The position numbers were made by a program, and so were the translations under genes. This document shows, one piece after another, positions 1-12,900 of a stretch of DNA of 64,000 nucleotides; position 1 is the first letter of the stretch, and each line of letters starts with the position of its first letter. The notes under the pieces were generated by a model. The model saw only the letters and a program-made list of their open reading frames with translations. It had not been told where the DNA came from and made no database searches. The stretch is from Macrostomum lignano (lineage: Eukaryota). The stretch lies in assembly GCA_002269645.1 (NCBI GenBank), contig NIVC01000230.1:744001-808000 (forward strand), given 5' to 3'.

Positions 1-3000
1 CCAACGGTAAGGATCAATAACTAATCAGTAAAGCTACATGTAAATGCTTTCAGAAAGTTCACGAGGTTGAAATGAGTCTGACTGACTGGATTGATGACGT
101 GCAATCGAAAGTATAGCTGATGATGTCACAGAAAACAAGAAAAAAACAGGTAAATTGTTGTATGCTCGTACTGGTTTAACGTTGTCCACAGCATTCATGT
201 CTGTATATCTAATATGCACAATACTTTATTTAAAGTATCATAAACCACACCACCTGCTACTATATGCATGCAACACATACTCGTAGCATGTCGTAAACAC
301 ATACCATAAGCTTATATTATATACATATATCTCAAAACTCAGCTTCATCAGATATGTGCTTATGGAACATGATCTATGACGGTCCTCGCGCATATCTACT
401 GCTGGATAAAGAGAACTGGAATGTCTCAGTGCCTCCGCATCCCTACAAATACTATGACGATGGAAAACTTGCACTGAGAGCTCTGGCTTACCGCGGGATG
501 CAGTTCATGCTGCCGCACGAGATGGTTCTCTACTGCCGGTACAACTCCGAGCCCTGCTCTTTCAAGAACTTCACCCTGTACAAGGACGAGGAAAGGTAGG
601 ACGCCGCTTGTGTTCACAAAATCACAAAGGTAGGACAAAGATCAAGAAGACAAAAATCTAGCAACTGAAGCAAATCACCGACTTTATCGAAACTTCAGAT
701 TCCAGTGTATTTCGTTTACTCCATTGAACCACTCAATTGTTCGAGCCGGGCCTGGCAACGGACTTTATCTGGTGCTCAATCAGATAACGGACTCGTTTTT
801 AACCGACGAAGAGCAAATTGACTATGTGCCGGGATTTCAGGTGGCCCTGCATGAGAGAGGTGAGCCAATCATGTCCTCATGCTTTAGTCTGTCTACCCTA
901 TTTTTCCTGCTTATATTCTCGTAAACAGAAGCGCAGCAGGTGTTGCTGTTAGCAACTTAGCATGTTTTCATTGGAGAGAAGCAAATTCAAAGCCCTGTAC
1001 GAAAAGGAAAGAACGAACATCAAAAACTTTTATATTCCAAAAATTCTGTGCCAATGCATTTCGACCACTGTCGACCATGTCTGGATCAATAGTCTGTTGT
1101 ATTTGTATCTGAAATAACTCACCATGTGGAGTTATACGAGTAATTTGTTCAACAAAAGTCAGGCTTAGAATGAGAAGGGGCAAAGAGAGACAGATCGAGA
1201 ATAGGATGTAGTACAGTAGCGTACAACTCAACCTAGAACACGTTGAGTTGGCGGCTGGCACCCCCCATAGCTAACTGACAGTTTAAATTAGGCTTCAGAG
1301 CTTTAATGTACATGGCCTCTAAAATGTTCAACTTGTACTCAAGACTGCTGGAATCAATAATCTTAAGCAAGTCGACAGGGTTGCTGTTGCAAGATGAATC
1401 ACACGTGAGCAGGTGGTTTTGCATGGATGGCTGATTTCTTCGTCTACTGCTCCTTGACCCTTGTGTACAGGTGTCGCTTCGCTTTCCCTATGTAAGAGAT
1501 GCTCTGTTTCTATGTTCTAGAGTAAAACTCGGTAGCTCACTCTAGAACAGCGGAGTATCATCTAGAACCTAGTGTGCTACGTAGCTCGTAAGCATGCATC
1601 TAATTATTTAGTAACGACAATTTATTGCATTTGAAATCTGAACACAGCTAGCAAATCAGTTAAGAAACAGCTGAAAAATTACAAACAATTAAAATAAGCT
1701 GACTAGCTATTGGCATGTGGAGTTAAAAAAGAGAGACAGTACAGCAAACTGTTATATTTGCTGAGTAAGAAACATCGTATGGATACAATTATTTTAATGC
1801 AAAGTGGTATTGCATGATACCATCTTTTGCTATTGGCAAAAGGACGTATGGATAGGCGCCTACACTATGTACGCAAAGATGTACCCATGAGTGGAGTATA
1901 CGCTTGACCCGGGTGGCAGGACACAAGTTTAGCATGACTGCAAACTCAGCAAATTTACATGTAAATTGACAACCCCCCTGCACATCAGAACCAATGGGTA
2001 CTCGTATATCCTACGTTTAATTCTCGCAGGCTTCAAGCCAGACATGTCTCTGGGCTTCAGAGCTCCGTTCATGCACAAGACGCAAGCTAGGATTTTCGAA
2101 GAGACGGTCACCAAGGTCGATCGCGACGCCACGCCATGCAGCAACGACCTGCCGAACGTCACCTATACAATGAACTACTCGTATCCGGGTAGCTTTGAGG
2201 ATCAGAGCTTTTTTAGCACCTACCAGGACTGCGTGATAAGACGGATGCAAACGGATTATAAAAGCACCTGCGGTTGTCTGGGCACGCACCTGCCATTGCC
2301 GAGTGACCTGCTTAACGGCACGGGTGTGTGCCATCGGCTGCCAGAGGAGGTGAGAGCATCGAACACGGGTGCTAATTGGTATTATGGCAATACCTTGGCG
2401 ACCCGGATTCCAAGAGACTTGTCAACTCCTCTCTTTCATTTCAGATGCTGATCAATTATAATATAAACTACCGAACTAACGAATACAACTTCACAGAGTA
2501 CATAATAAAGAACAAAACTCATAGTTATTACCCACTGACGGATTACCTACTGGCCCACTGGGAAACACTTGACTTCAATCTCAGCAGAAGCTTATTCAGG
2601 TGCTACCACCGAGTGCTGCACCGTCACAAGACGCAGGGAGTCTCTGACAAGCACTGCCCAGTGCGCTGCACCAACGTCCGCTACAGAGACCACACTACCG
2701 TGACGTCCTGGCCAACGGACGTAAATCTTGCGTCGGAAATTGTCCGCGGCTACGTGAAAGACAACCTGGATCAGATTAGTGGCACAGATCTACTTAAAGA
2801 CCGGCTTCAACACATGTACGACAACCCAAATTACACATTTAACGAAGTTCAAAGCCTGAGCGTGCTGGACCTGTACCCGATGTCTGTCAAGACGAGCGTC
2901 TTCACCGAATCGTTTGCCTATCCACTGCGGAATTTGTTCTCGGATCTGGGTGGAATTCTTGGTGAGCGACTGGACTCAAAGCCATGTCCTCAGACAGTAG

Positions 3001-3499
3001 CTACGTGTACTATGCTCGTAGGACTATGGAACAATTGGTGTAGCTGTAGATGTAGAAGCCTGCATTATCAGTAAACTGTAATGTGAACTTAACAGAGGAG
3101 ACTATTAGAACTGAACAGAATATATATTTTACCGGTATAGCGGTAGGTATTCCATAGAATACTTTGTATAAAGGCATTCTCTGCTTGGGGTGAGAGGGAA
3201 TGGGTTTCGTTGCGAGCATCTCTCATCTTCACTCCTGTTTGCTCATCTCAATTACTCAATTGCTGATAGCTTTTTGTTTTCATTTTACAGGCCTATGGAT
3301 TGGAGTGTCCGTTGTGACCTTAATAGAATTTCTGGAGCTCTTAATTCAAATGGCCCAGCTGATCACCAAGGGGCTCTTTGCAACATCAACGAAATCAGAG
3401 GGTGCCCAAGATCAAGCTGAACACAGGAGCCAGCAAAGTATGCGAAACAGCATCCACACGGTAGAGACCGTTCGCGTCGAGCCCGAGGGTGTCGTCTGA
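1..3499 (+). CDS. DEG/ENaC family sodium channel, paralog A (5' end outside window); exons <1-6, 343-595, 699-859, 2030-2349, 2445-2961, 3291-3499
   Basis: GT/AG boundaries with consistent phases. Internal exon lengths (253, 161, 320, 517) equal those of paralog B. Motifs: YCRYNSEPC, AGPGNGL, Cys-rich thumb (CGC...C...C), and pre-TM2/TM2 FSDLGGILGLWIGVSVVTLIEFLEL with the GxS filter. Confidence 0.93.
1010..1500 (-). mobile_element. Penelope-like retroelement 3' relic (GIY-YIG endonuclease C-terminus plus 3' flank) in intron 3 of paralog A
   Basis: Minus strand reads SYIGKAKRHLYTRVKEQ* (YIG at 1486-1494), then after a frameshift QNHLLTC...KIIDSSSLEYKLNILEAMYIKALKPNLNCQ (ORF 1233-1424), the typical end of a PLE GIY-YIG domain. 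The segment is absent from the homologous intron of paralog B, whose flanks rejoin at TCTAGAACC. Confidence 0.8.
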
Positions 3500-5859
3500 G
3501 AAGGTTTAAACTTTGCGTCCTCTAAAATGCTTTGCCAATTTCGACTGAAGACAAGGTTGGCAAAGTCTACGTGAAGCGCTCGTTGGAGAAGTGGTATTGT
3601 TTCGTCTCCGTGAAAAAAAACTTACATACGTGTAGTGAAGCAACTGCATGGCTAAGGACTGCTTGTTTTTAGTAAGTAGAGAGTGCGACACTGTCATTGC
3701 TTTGAATTGACAGTTTTGGTGGACGGAGGACTTTATAAATAAAGTCAATAATAATACTTCAGAAAATAACTGTACAGTAAATACTTGCTAAGGCTTGATA
3801 GATGCCAAGAGCCTGAATTCCATCCTAGAGTGGGATCGTGGGCCGTGTGAGGTTATGACTTCTGGCTTTTTAATTCTATGCTAGTGATTCCGTCTGTGGT
3901 CGCCACTTTTGAGAGTGCAGGTAAAGTCTCTCAATCTTGCGAGTGACGCAAATTAGCTACGCTGCGGCAGACTTGCTGAGTTGAGGAATGAAGTTCGGGG
4001 GAGCGGTGTAGGGTTGGGCGGATTATAAAGCTTATACCTCGATCAGTTTTCGATCGTATCTTCTATTTTATAATAGACCAAGAGAAATTGCTTACTGGCA
4101 CATGAGTGGCAACTTTTCAAATGTTGCAGAGTATACATATACTCACTACACGGTAATTAGTCAGCTACTCATTTTACTACTTGTTCCGTCTAACCCCAGC
4201 AACTAATTTATCCGGTAAAGGAAAAAGTACCAAGTCCAACGGCTCAATAACTTATCAAAGAAAACATTTATAATTAAAGTAAAAAGTTAAATCGTGATTT
4301 TTTTATCAGCAGCCGATTATCCAAGAGCCCAAACTTTATGCAATTTTTCCCCTTAAACGTGTTTTGGCTAGTGAGCTCTACTAACAATAGTATGTGTCAA
4401 CCTCTTGCCTTATCTAAAATAACTTTTTTGTTTCGTGCAACTACTCTCTGAGAAATATTAATATAATTTTTTTGATGTTCTTTAATTTTTCACTGAAATT
4501 TATTTTGACTTGCTTATGTTTTAAAGTTATTGATTCTAGTGATATTATTGATTTTACATGTGTATAGCGAAAGATGAAGGTATGTACTATATTTATTCCC
4601 GAGGGTACTAAACTTAGTTGTACTGATTATACGAGTAATTAAATAAATAAAGACGCGATGAAAGTAAGAACCAAACAAAAAGCCATTTTGTTATCGTTTT
4701 TTTTCTTTAATATTAAATATTTACCATTTGCACAAAAATATTAAAAGCCACATGAATCCCCAACTTTTACAAACAAAGCTTACAGAAATCAAGGCTATAG
4801 GCATGTTAATCTAAAATATGAGCTTTCGAAGTTCGAATTTCAGTAAAAAAACCTATCGCTATTTTTATGTCGAAAAAGAGAAAGCTCTTATCTCTGATGT
4901 GCATTGGGTGCGTATTTTATGGTCAGCACTCAAAAGTTTCCCGTTCTTCGAATCTACATGTACCTAAGTCGTCTTTGATTGGCTCTAATGCGTGGCATAT
5001 GCCCTCAGCTGGCGTGTAGTTTATTCTATATACCCATTTCGTGTGCTGACAATTTTCACTAGTTTTGAGTTAGCCCTTACATGTACATGTACTTTGTCTT
5101 GTATTTACGTGTATATAAAACCCATGTGAGTATTCCCCTCACGACTTCGGTGTCTGCTGCGGCTGCCGTTCTGGAGAAATTAGGAGAAAGTTACTATACA
5201 CCACTTTAATTAGAGACTTAGACCGTCAAAAGTGACAGGTAGGTTTGATGAGGACGCACTTTTTCCCAAATCCCGCGCTTGCACATGGGCTCTAAACTTA
5301 CTTGCCTACTAACAGTGGGCAGTGGGCATTTTTATCCTTTTTCTGCGAATTTTCATAGAATCTATACTAGATATAATGTCTGGCCATACTAGTAGTCATA
5401 ATAACATAGGCGCAGTTTTTTGGGTCATAAATCATCGCTTTCGAAGCTGATCTGACAGCCACCTGCGCCTCACTCAGTGTTGAAGCGGGCGCCAGATGGT
5501 CTGAGAGGATGCGGGCGGTAGCTTTTTTCTCATCATTTTGACAGGCCATCAAGATTTATGAGGTCAGAGCCTATTGTTCGGATTCACTCAAGCGTGTGAC
5601 AGCTTTGACAGCTATGCGTTTTACCCCTAAAAGTACCTTGGGATTAGCGATTAGCGATTTCTCTTCATTATCTTCACTTTCTATTTAATAAGAGCTTTCT
5701 AATGTATATTTTTTCATTAAATTTCTGTCAATCCTACGCGAAAAGTCATAAATCATTTTGTTGCGATTTTGAGTGATTTATGGCCGCACCTGTCATCTTT
5801 TTACGACCCTGTGGGAACTGATAGGATCTCTCGGTCACGTGATTCTGGGTAGCAACGAG

Positions 5860-5970
5860 CTTAGCCAATCAGAAAATTCGGCGCTCATTTTAACAAAACG
5901 GCTCAGCCAATCAGAATCGACGTGTTCCGTTATAACAAACTGCGGTCCAGTTGGCGGCTATTTAAACCGG
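5860..5970 (+). promoter_or_regulatory. Pol II promoter-like segment (two CCAAT boxes plus TATA-like TATTTAAA)
   Basis: AGCCAATCAGAA occurs twice (about 5864 and 5905), followed by GGCTATTTAAACCG at about 5957. The associated transcript was not identified. Confidence 0.4.
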
Positions 5971-8119
5971 AGTTTTTGGCCCGCTCGGACGCAACTTCTT
6001 CTTACTTTGGCTCGGGCCCAGCGCGCAACTTCTGGTTCCCGGAGCACGACCGTCGTTTCTTGATCCCCGGATTGCGACTTCCCCCATCATCATCAAGGAC
6101 GAGTCCCCCGGTCGACAGCAGCGAACATCCAGTTAAGAGCATCACCTGCTAGCTAACAGCGAAGATTGTGACAGCATCATCCCGAGTTTACAGCTGCAGA
6201 GCATCGAGCCGATTCGGCCACTGTGGATTGCCTGGTCTCCGGCTGTTGAGTTTCTGATTGGTTGGGTGAGAGGCTATCTAGACTTGCTTGATTGGGTGAT
6301 CCCTTTTCTGTCCCCTGTTGCAGTAGCTGAATTAGGCGCACACTTTTGCTCATTTTGTTCAGTAGTGCTGTTGCTGAGGCAGGAATCATTCAATAATACT
6401 GCTAGTAGTCTAAGACTCCAATTCAATCTAAAGTGTGAAGTGAACTAAGGAGAAGGTTAAATCTAACAGTTATCTTTGTCGGCTTTATTTCTTTGTTCGC
6501 CGATGGCTCAGATGAGTAGCTAAGCTAGTAGGCGCCGGTCACAGTGGACCAATGGCAAGGCAGTTCTCAGTCGACCAATCTAACAAATCAGTGAGCAAAA
6601 CTGCCAAAAGTGCAGAATCGGCGCCAGAGATGTACTTTGTGCACTCTAGGGTAGCCAAGCGGCTCGGGTAAATGAATCATGCGGTCTCTGAAGTTCGAGT
6701 TAGTCTATCATCAGCGCTATGAGAGGCTAGTTGGCGCGTTGAAGGCCAAAAGTACATATCTTCGTATTTAGCAATGTAATAGTACATGTAGCTACCCCAT
6801 AGACTCGCCACCGCAAGAATCCCCTGCACAAGTCCCCTCTGTACCTGCATGGCCAACGCGATCTAGTCCCAGCAGTGTCCCTTATCATCGGCTATGACTT
6901 CGAGATTGACAGCAAAAAGACACTAGTTGGCAGGTAAGTGCAAAGCCCCTTCTAGTCGGAAGCCCGATTTCGAGAGTCCCGGTGTGGTGAGCCAGGGCGC
7001 ACGGGCTGGTGGCAGCAAGTTAGTTGATCTGCGGATTAGCTAATTTCTACTTTCAAAATTCTCCCTGCTCGTCTCTCGCTGTCCCTCTCTTAGCTATAGG
7101 ACCTAGACTGCTCGCCACACGATCAAGCTACCATGGGGCTGACCATCTGACAGGAGTGGGGGGCCAGGTCTCTAATTGATTTATTTCTGAGCCTGAGGCT
7201 CGAAGGCTTCCCTAACAAGGAGCCCGAAGGTCGAAACCCATCAGGTTATTGTAAATCAAGCTGGGCCTACAGGTTGACCTCTAGACACCGAAGTAACTAA
7301 TCAAAAGTAGGAACAGAATAAGTGAACAGCACTCAAGATGGGCCTTGAGTTGAAATTTAGGGAATTTTTACACTTCATCCGTGAATATGACCACAGGGTG
7401 TACATGCAGCGGCCCTGACTTTCTAGCCGCCAGGCACGTATTCACTCTTTGTGCCTTTGAGGTTGGCCCTCGTGAACCCGAATCGCACAACCCCCTGCCA
7501 ATATTCTTTCATCGGATTGTGTGTGGGCTGCTTAATGTATAAGATTGCATGGAATTTGAACAGTCTCGGATAATGATCGAAAATATTATATGTTCGGGTC
7601 AGTTTGCAACGCTTTTAATACCGTGTGGCAGACCCGTGACGCAGAGCGGAACGCAGCAATGAGTCCACATCTAAGATTTTCAGCTGAATCTAGTGTGGAT
7701 TATTTAGAGGAGGCGTCGCACTTTTGTTTCCAAAGCTAGGGCGCACGCGATGATACACAATTTAAGTTGCTATTTAAAAAGCTGGATGCCATTCCCAACT
7801 TTGCGCAGTCCAGTGTTATTTCATATTCTCGTTTTCAAAAGCTTTGGATAGCTGGAAGCAAAGGCACCTACCTATTCAGCTCAGCTCAAAACTATTCCCC
7901 AATATCCTCATGCCTTCTTTTTTCCTTCCCCAATCCTTATCTATCGTGCAGGCAGGACAAGTCTAACTGTACGCCTTTTACAATGCTAATATAAAAACAA
8001 TATGAATCCAAGTCAAGTCACAATTGAAGGGCACTGCTTATACTCGTAATACTATACCCTATTGCTTTAAAGGACTATTACAAAAAACAAAATCAGTGTT
8101 TGTAACAATCCCATGACAG

Positions 8120-9570
8120 CATGACAGTTCCCCTGAAGCTATGGAAAAGCATGACAGTTCCCCTGAAGCTATGGAGGAGCATGACAGTTCCCCTGAAGCT
8201 ATGGAGGAGCATGACAGTTCCCCTGAAGCTATGGAGGAGCATGACAGTTCCCCTGAAGCTATGGAAAAGCATGACAGTTCCCCTGAAGCTATGGAGGAGC
8301 AGGACAGTTCCCCTGAAGCTATGGAGGAGCATGACAGTTCCACTGAAGCTATGGAAAAGCATGACAGTTCCCCTGAAGCTATGGAAGGGCATGGCAGTTC
8401 CCCTGAAGCTATGGAGGAGCATGACAGTTCCACTGAAGCTATGGAAGGGCATGGCAGTTCCCCTGAAGCTATGGAGGAGCATGACAGTTCCCCTGAAGCT
8501 ATGGAGGAGCATGACAGTTCCACTGAAGCTATGGAAAAGCATGACAGTTCCCCTGAAGCTATGGAAGGGCATGGCAGTTCCCCTGAAGCTATGGAGGAGC
8601 ATGACAGTTCCACTGAAGCTATGGAAGGGCATGGCAGTTCCCCTGAAGCTATGGAGGAGCATGACAGTTCCACTGAAGCTATGGAAAAGCATGGCAGTTT
8701 CCCTGAAGCTATGGAAAAGCATGACAGTTCCCCTGAAGCTATGGAGGAGCATGACAGTTCCCCTGAAGCTATGGAAAAGCATGACAGTTCCCCTGAAGCT
8801 ATGGAGGAGCATGACAGTTCCCCTGAAGCTATGGAAAAGCATGACAGTTCCCCTGAAGCTATGGAGGAGCATGACAGTTCCCCTGAAGCTATGGAAAAGC
8901 ATGACAGTTCCCCTGAAGCTATGGAAGGGCATGGCAGTTCCCATGAAGCTATGGAAAAGCATGACAGTTCCCCTGAAGCTATGGAAAAGCATGACAGTTC
9001 CCCTGAAGCTATGGAAGGGCATGGCAGTTCCCATGAAGCTATGGAAAAGCATGGCAGTTCCCCTGAAGCTATGGAAAAGCATGACAGTTCCCCTGAAGCT
9101 ATGGAAGGGCATGACAGTTCCCATGAAGCTATGGAAAAGCATGACAGTTCCCCTGAAGCTATGGAAGGGCATGGCAGTTCCCCTGAAGCTATGGAGGAGC
9201 ATGACAGTTCCCATGAAGCTATGGAAAAGCATGACAGTTCCCCTGAAGCTATGGAAGGGCATGGCAGTTCCCCTGAAGCTATGGAGGAGCATGACAGTTC
9301 CCCTGAAGCTATGGAAAAACATGACAGTTCCCTGAAGCTATGGAGGAGCATGACAGTTCCACTGAAGCTATGGAAAAACATGACAGTTCCCCTGAAGCTA
9401 TGGAGGAGCATGACAGTTCCACTGAAGCTATGGAAAAGCATGACAGTTCCCCTGAAGCTATGGAAGGGCATGGCAGTTCCCATGAAGCTATGGAAGGGCA
9501 TGACAGTTCCCATGAAGCTATGGAAGGGCATGACAGTTCCCATGAAGCTATGGAAGGGCATGGCAGTTCT
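8120..9570. repeat. 30-bp minisatellite, about 48 copies (CATGACAGTTCCCCTGAAGCTATGGAAAAG and variants)
   Basis: Direct reading of the tandem units, with one 1-bp deletion near 9331. Explains the 400-510 aa repetitive ORFs on both strands. Confidence 0.97.
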
Positions 9571-9960
9571 CCCTGAGAAGCTATGCGTCATTTGTTACGT
9601 TAGCTATATTGCATTGGATTTAATCCGGTACAGCAGGGAGAAGAAGGCCAGTGTTTACAACCCCAACCAGAGCAAGAGCTGATTAATGAGGGCAGAAAAA
9701 ACACAAATGCAGCTGAATGCCGTATTCAATAACAACGGGTTAATTATAGGGAAGCAGAATATACGGTTCTATCGTCATTAACATTCTATAGCTATATGAG
9801 CTGAGGCATTTTTGTTTCCCACTTGCCAACCCCAATAGACCTGGCATCGTTTGAAAATTTGCAGGTTAGGCAGCTCAACCCCGGCAGTTTAAACAGCATC
9901 CAGTCAGCTCTGCATTGCTACTGAAGTTGCAAGCCCAGTAGACAGCGATCAGCCACTGGC

Positions 9961-12900
9961 ATGGAGACGGCATCCAGTGGTGAGCATCGGCCGGAGCCTC
10001 TGCTGCGGCAGCTCCGTCAGAAGGCTCTGATCTCGTTTGCCCAGCAGACCACAGCGCACGGCTTCGTGCGCCTGACGCAGGGCTCCAGCCTCCGCCGCCT
10101 CATCTGGGCACTGGCCATCTTGAGCGCCTGCGTAGGATTCTCGCTGCACCTGTCAGAGCTGGTGAAGAGGTACCTCAGCTACCCAGTGAGCACCGAGTTC
10201 TCCAATGATGGGGCAGAGTTTCAGTTCCCAAGCGTCACCATCTGTCCCATTAACAACTACGTGCTTTGGTGTCAACCTGTGCCTCCGCTCGATCCCAACG
10301 GTAAGGATGAAAATATCTTGCAGAGCAATGCACATACCAGGTATAGCAGCATGTAAATTCTTTACAGGACAATCACAATTCTGTACGATACAATCGCTAA
10401 TAACATGTAGCATGCACGATGCACCTGCATTTACTATATTTTGAATCATGAACCACATTCTATGCAACGCATAGCATGCGCGCTTCTATTACACGTATTG
10501 CCATAAGCTCATTATCTTCTTGCTGAACATTCATTCAATTTGTTTGAAAACTCAGCTTCATCAGATATGTGCTTATGGAACATGATCTATGACGTTCCTC
10601 GGACATATCTACTGCTGGATAAAGAGAACTGGAATGTCTCAATGCCTTCGCACCCCTACAAATACTATAACGATGGAAAACTTGCTCTTCGAGCTCTGGC
10701 TTACCGCGGGATGCAGTTCATGCTGCCTCACGAGATGGTTCTCTACTGCCGGTACAACTCCGAGCCCTGCTCTTTCAAGAACTTCACCCTGTACAAGGAC
10801 GAGGAAAGGTAGGACGCCGCTTGTGTTCACAAAATCACAAAGGTAGGACAAAGATCAAGAAGACAAAAATCTAGCAACTGAAGCAAATCACCGACTTTAT
10901 CGAAACTTCAGATTCCAGTGTATTTCGTTTACTCCATTGAACCATTCAATCGTTCGAGCCGGGCCTGGCAACGGACTTTATCTGGTGCTCAATCAGATAA
11001 CGGACTCGTTTTTAACCGACGAAGAGCAAATTGACTATGTGCCGGGATTTCAGGTGGCCCTGCATGAGAGAGGTGAGCCGATCATGTCCTCATGCTGTAA
11101 GCTGTCTATCCTGTTTTTCCTGCAGTAGGTGATGTTTTCATTAGAGAAACGAGTTCAAAACCCTGTGCAAGGAGACCTCTAGAACCTCTGTGGGCTACGT
11201 ACGTAAGCATCTAATTATTCAGTATAGCTACTTTATTGCGTTTGAAATCTGAACACTCCAACTTTCTCACGTACGACGCTAGGTTTGGAGGCTCCAAACC
11301 CCTGAATAGTCCTAGGCACGCTACCCACAAATAAGAAAAGAAGAGGCAAGGCGGCTTATGACGGGCGGCGATGGATGGTGCTCAAAGCAGGTAGGTGGGT
11401 GTATGACAAGTAGCTACAGACTGGTTGCACGGCTCAGGGCACAGCGCAGAGGCGCAAACAAAACGCAGAGGTGCAAATAAATGTGGGAGCGCAGACGGAA
11501 CGCAATACGCAGAAAATACAAAGTCTCAGCTCTCATGTCTCGTGGCCAAGCTCATTCCGACCCTTGCAAAAAATCAGCCCCTTTACGGCCTATCGACCCA
11601 CGGGGCCGTGGATAGAGTCGGTGGAAAAAAGGGCTACAGGCCGGCCCTGAATGCTTAAAGTTTCAGCAACAACCAGTCAGCCAATCAGCAGCGCGCGAGC
11701 AGAGCAGGAAACTCAGTCCTGACCAATCAGCACCAGATAAAACTGGGGGGAGGGGTTAACACAATGCCAGCCAGTGATACAAGCTAACCCGATGGGGGAG
11801 AGAGGCACCCACCCTGAGGAACATCACACTCAAGTTAAAAAAGTTCACTACATTATTAGCATATAGTTACATTACTATTGGGACAGAGGCCATTATTGAC
11901 AATTAAGACCTGTCGATAAGTCATATAGCTGGGATGGACACAGGAATAGGTGGTATATCTATGTGGCCAAGTTAAAAAACCCCTTATTTCCCTGCTACTA
12001 ACTCTTTCAACTACTGAAAGGTACTTAAAGTATTGTATTAATGAATGAGTAGTCTCATTCTTCCCCTTTTGTCATAAGAATTTCCTTGTCTTCTTTAATG
12101 TAAACCACGCATTTAGGCAAAACTAATGTTAAAAATACTAATACTAAGTTAAAAAACTTACTATAAAAAGCTTTGATTTGTCTGAGTGTTGTGAATGTGC
12201 ATGCTCAATGCTATTATGTAACGTACGCGCATCGATGTACATCTAGCTCATATCAGTCAGATAATATATATTGGCCAGCTCACTGTAGCTGAGAGCCACC
12301 TCTCCTCTCCTTCGCCTTTCGTGAATTGATTTCATTCATTTGGCCAGCGGCCACAACACTAGCATCGCAAGCAGGGACTTAGCGAAAAACCACCACGCGC
12401 AAAACTCAACTCACGGCAGCCAAGGCACACAAGTCAAACTCTCGCTATCGCCTTGCAATTCTGCAAACTCAACTCAGTGAATTTAGAAATGAGCAGCTCC
12501 GACAACGCCACAGCGCCAGCGCTACGACTAAACCTCAGAGAACCGCCTCCATTTCTCGACAACCCAGGAACACCTGTGGTTTCATGGGAAACTTGGGCCG
12601 CTGAGTTCGACACCTACCTGCTAGCGTCAGGAGTCGACGGCTTGCAAGAAGCCAGGAAGATCGCACTGCTCGTGCACTGCCTCGGGCGGGAAGGAGTGCG
12701 AGTCTACCGGACTCTTATCAAGTCTCCAGCTGAAGCTCCAGCGACACTCAAAGCGGCATGCAAACTGCTTAAGGAGCACTTTCAGCCCACCGTCAGCGTG
12801 TATGCCAAGCGCCATGACTTCCGGAAGTGCGTCCAGCGGAGCGGCGAAGGCGTGCACGCATTCGTGGCAAACTTGCGTCATGCCGCCAGAGACTGTGAGT

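Noticed and set aside
1050-1095. Possible degenerate hammerhead in the 3' flank of the Penelope relic
   Set aside because: GAAA and a palindrome are at the expected place, but the CUGANGA core is not intact.
7185-7250. Possible hammerhead (CCTGAGG...CGAAAC...TCAGG)
   Set aside because: The CUGANGA core lacks the conserved A9 on either strand and the stems do not assemble convincingly.
8059-9682. 400-513 aa ORFs on both strands (MEKHDSSPEA repeats etc.)
   Set aside because: They are by-products of a 30-bp minisatellite open in several frames. A 1-bp deletion swaps frames, and there is no unique coding flank.
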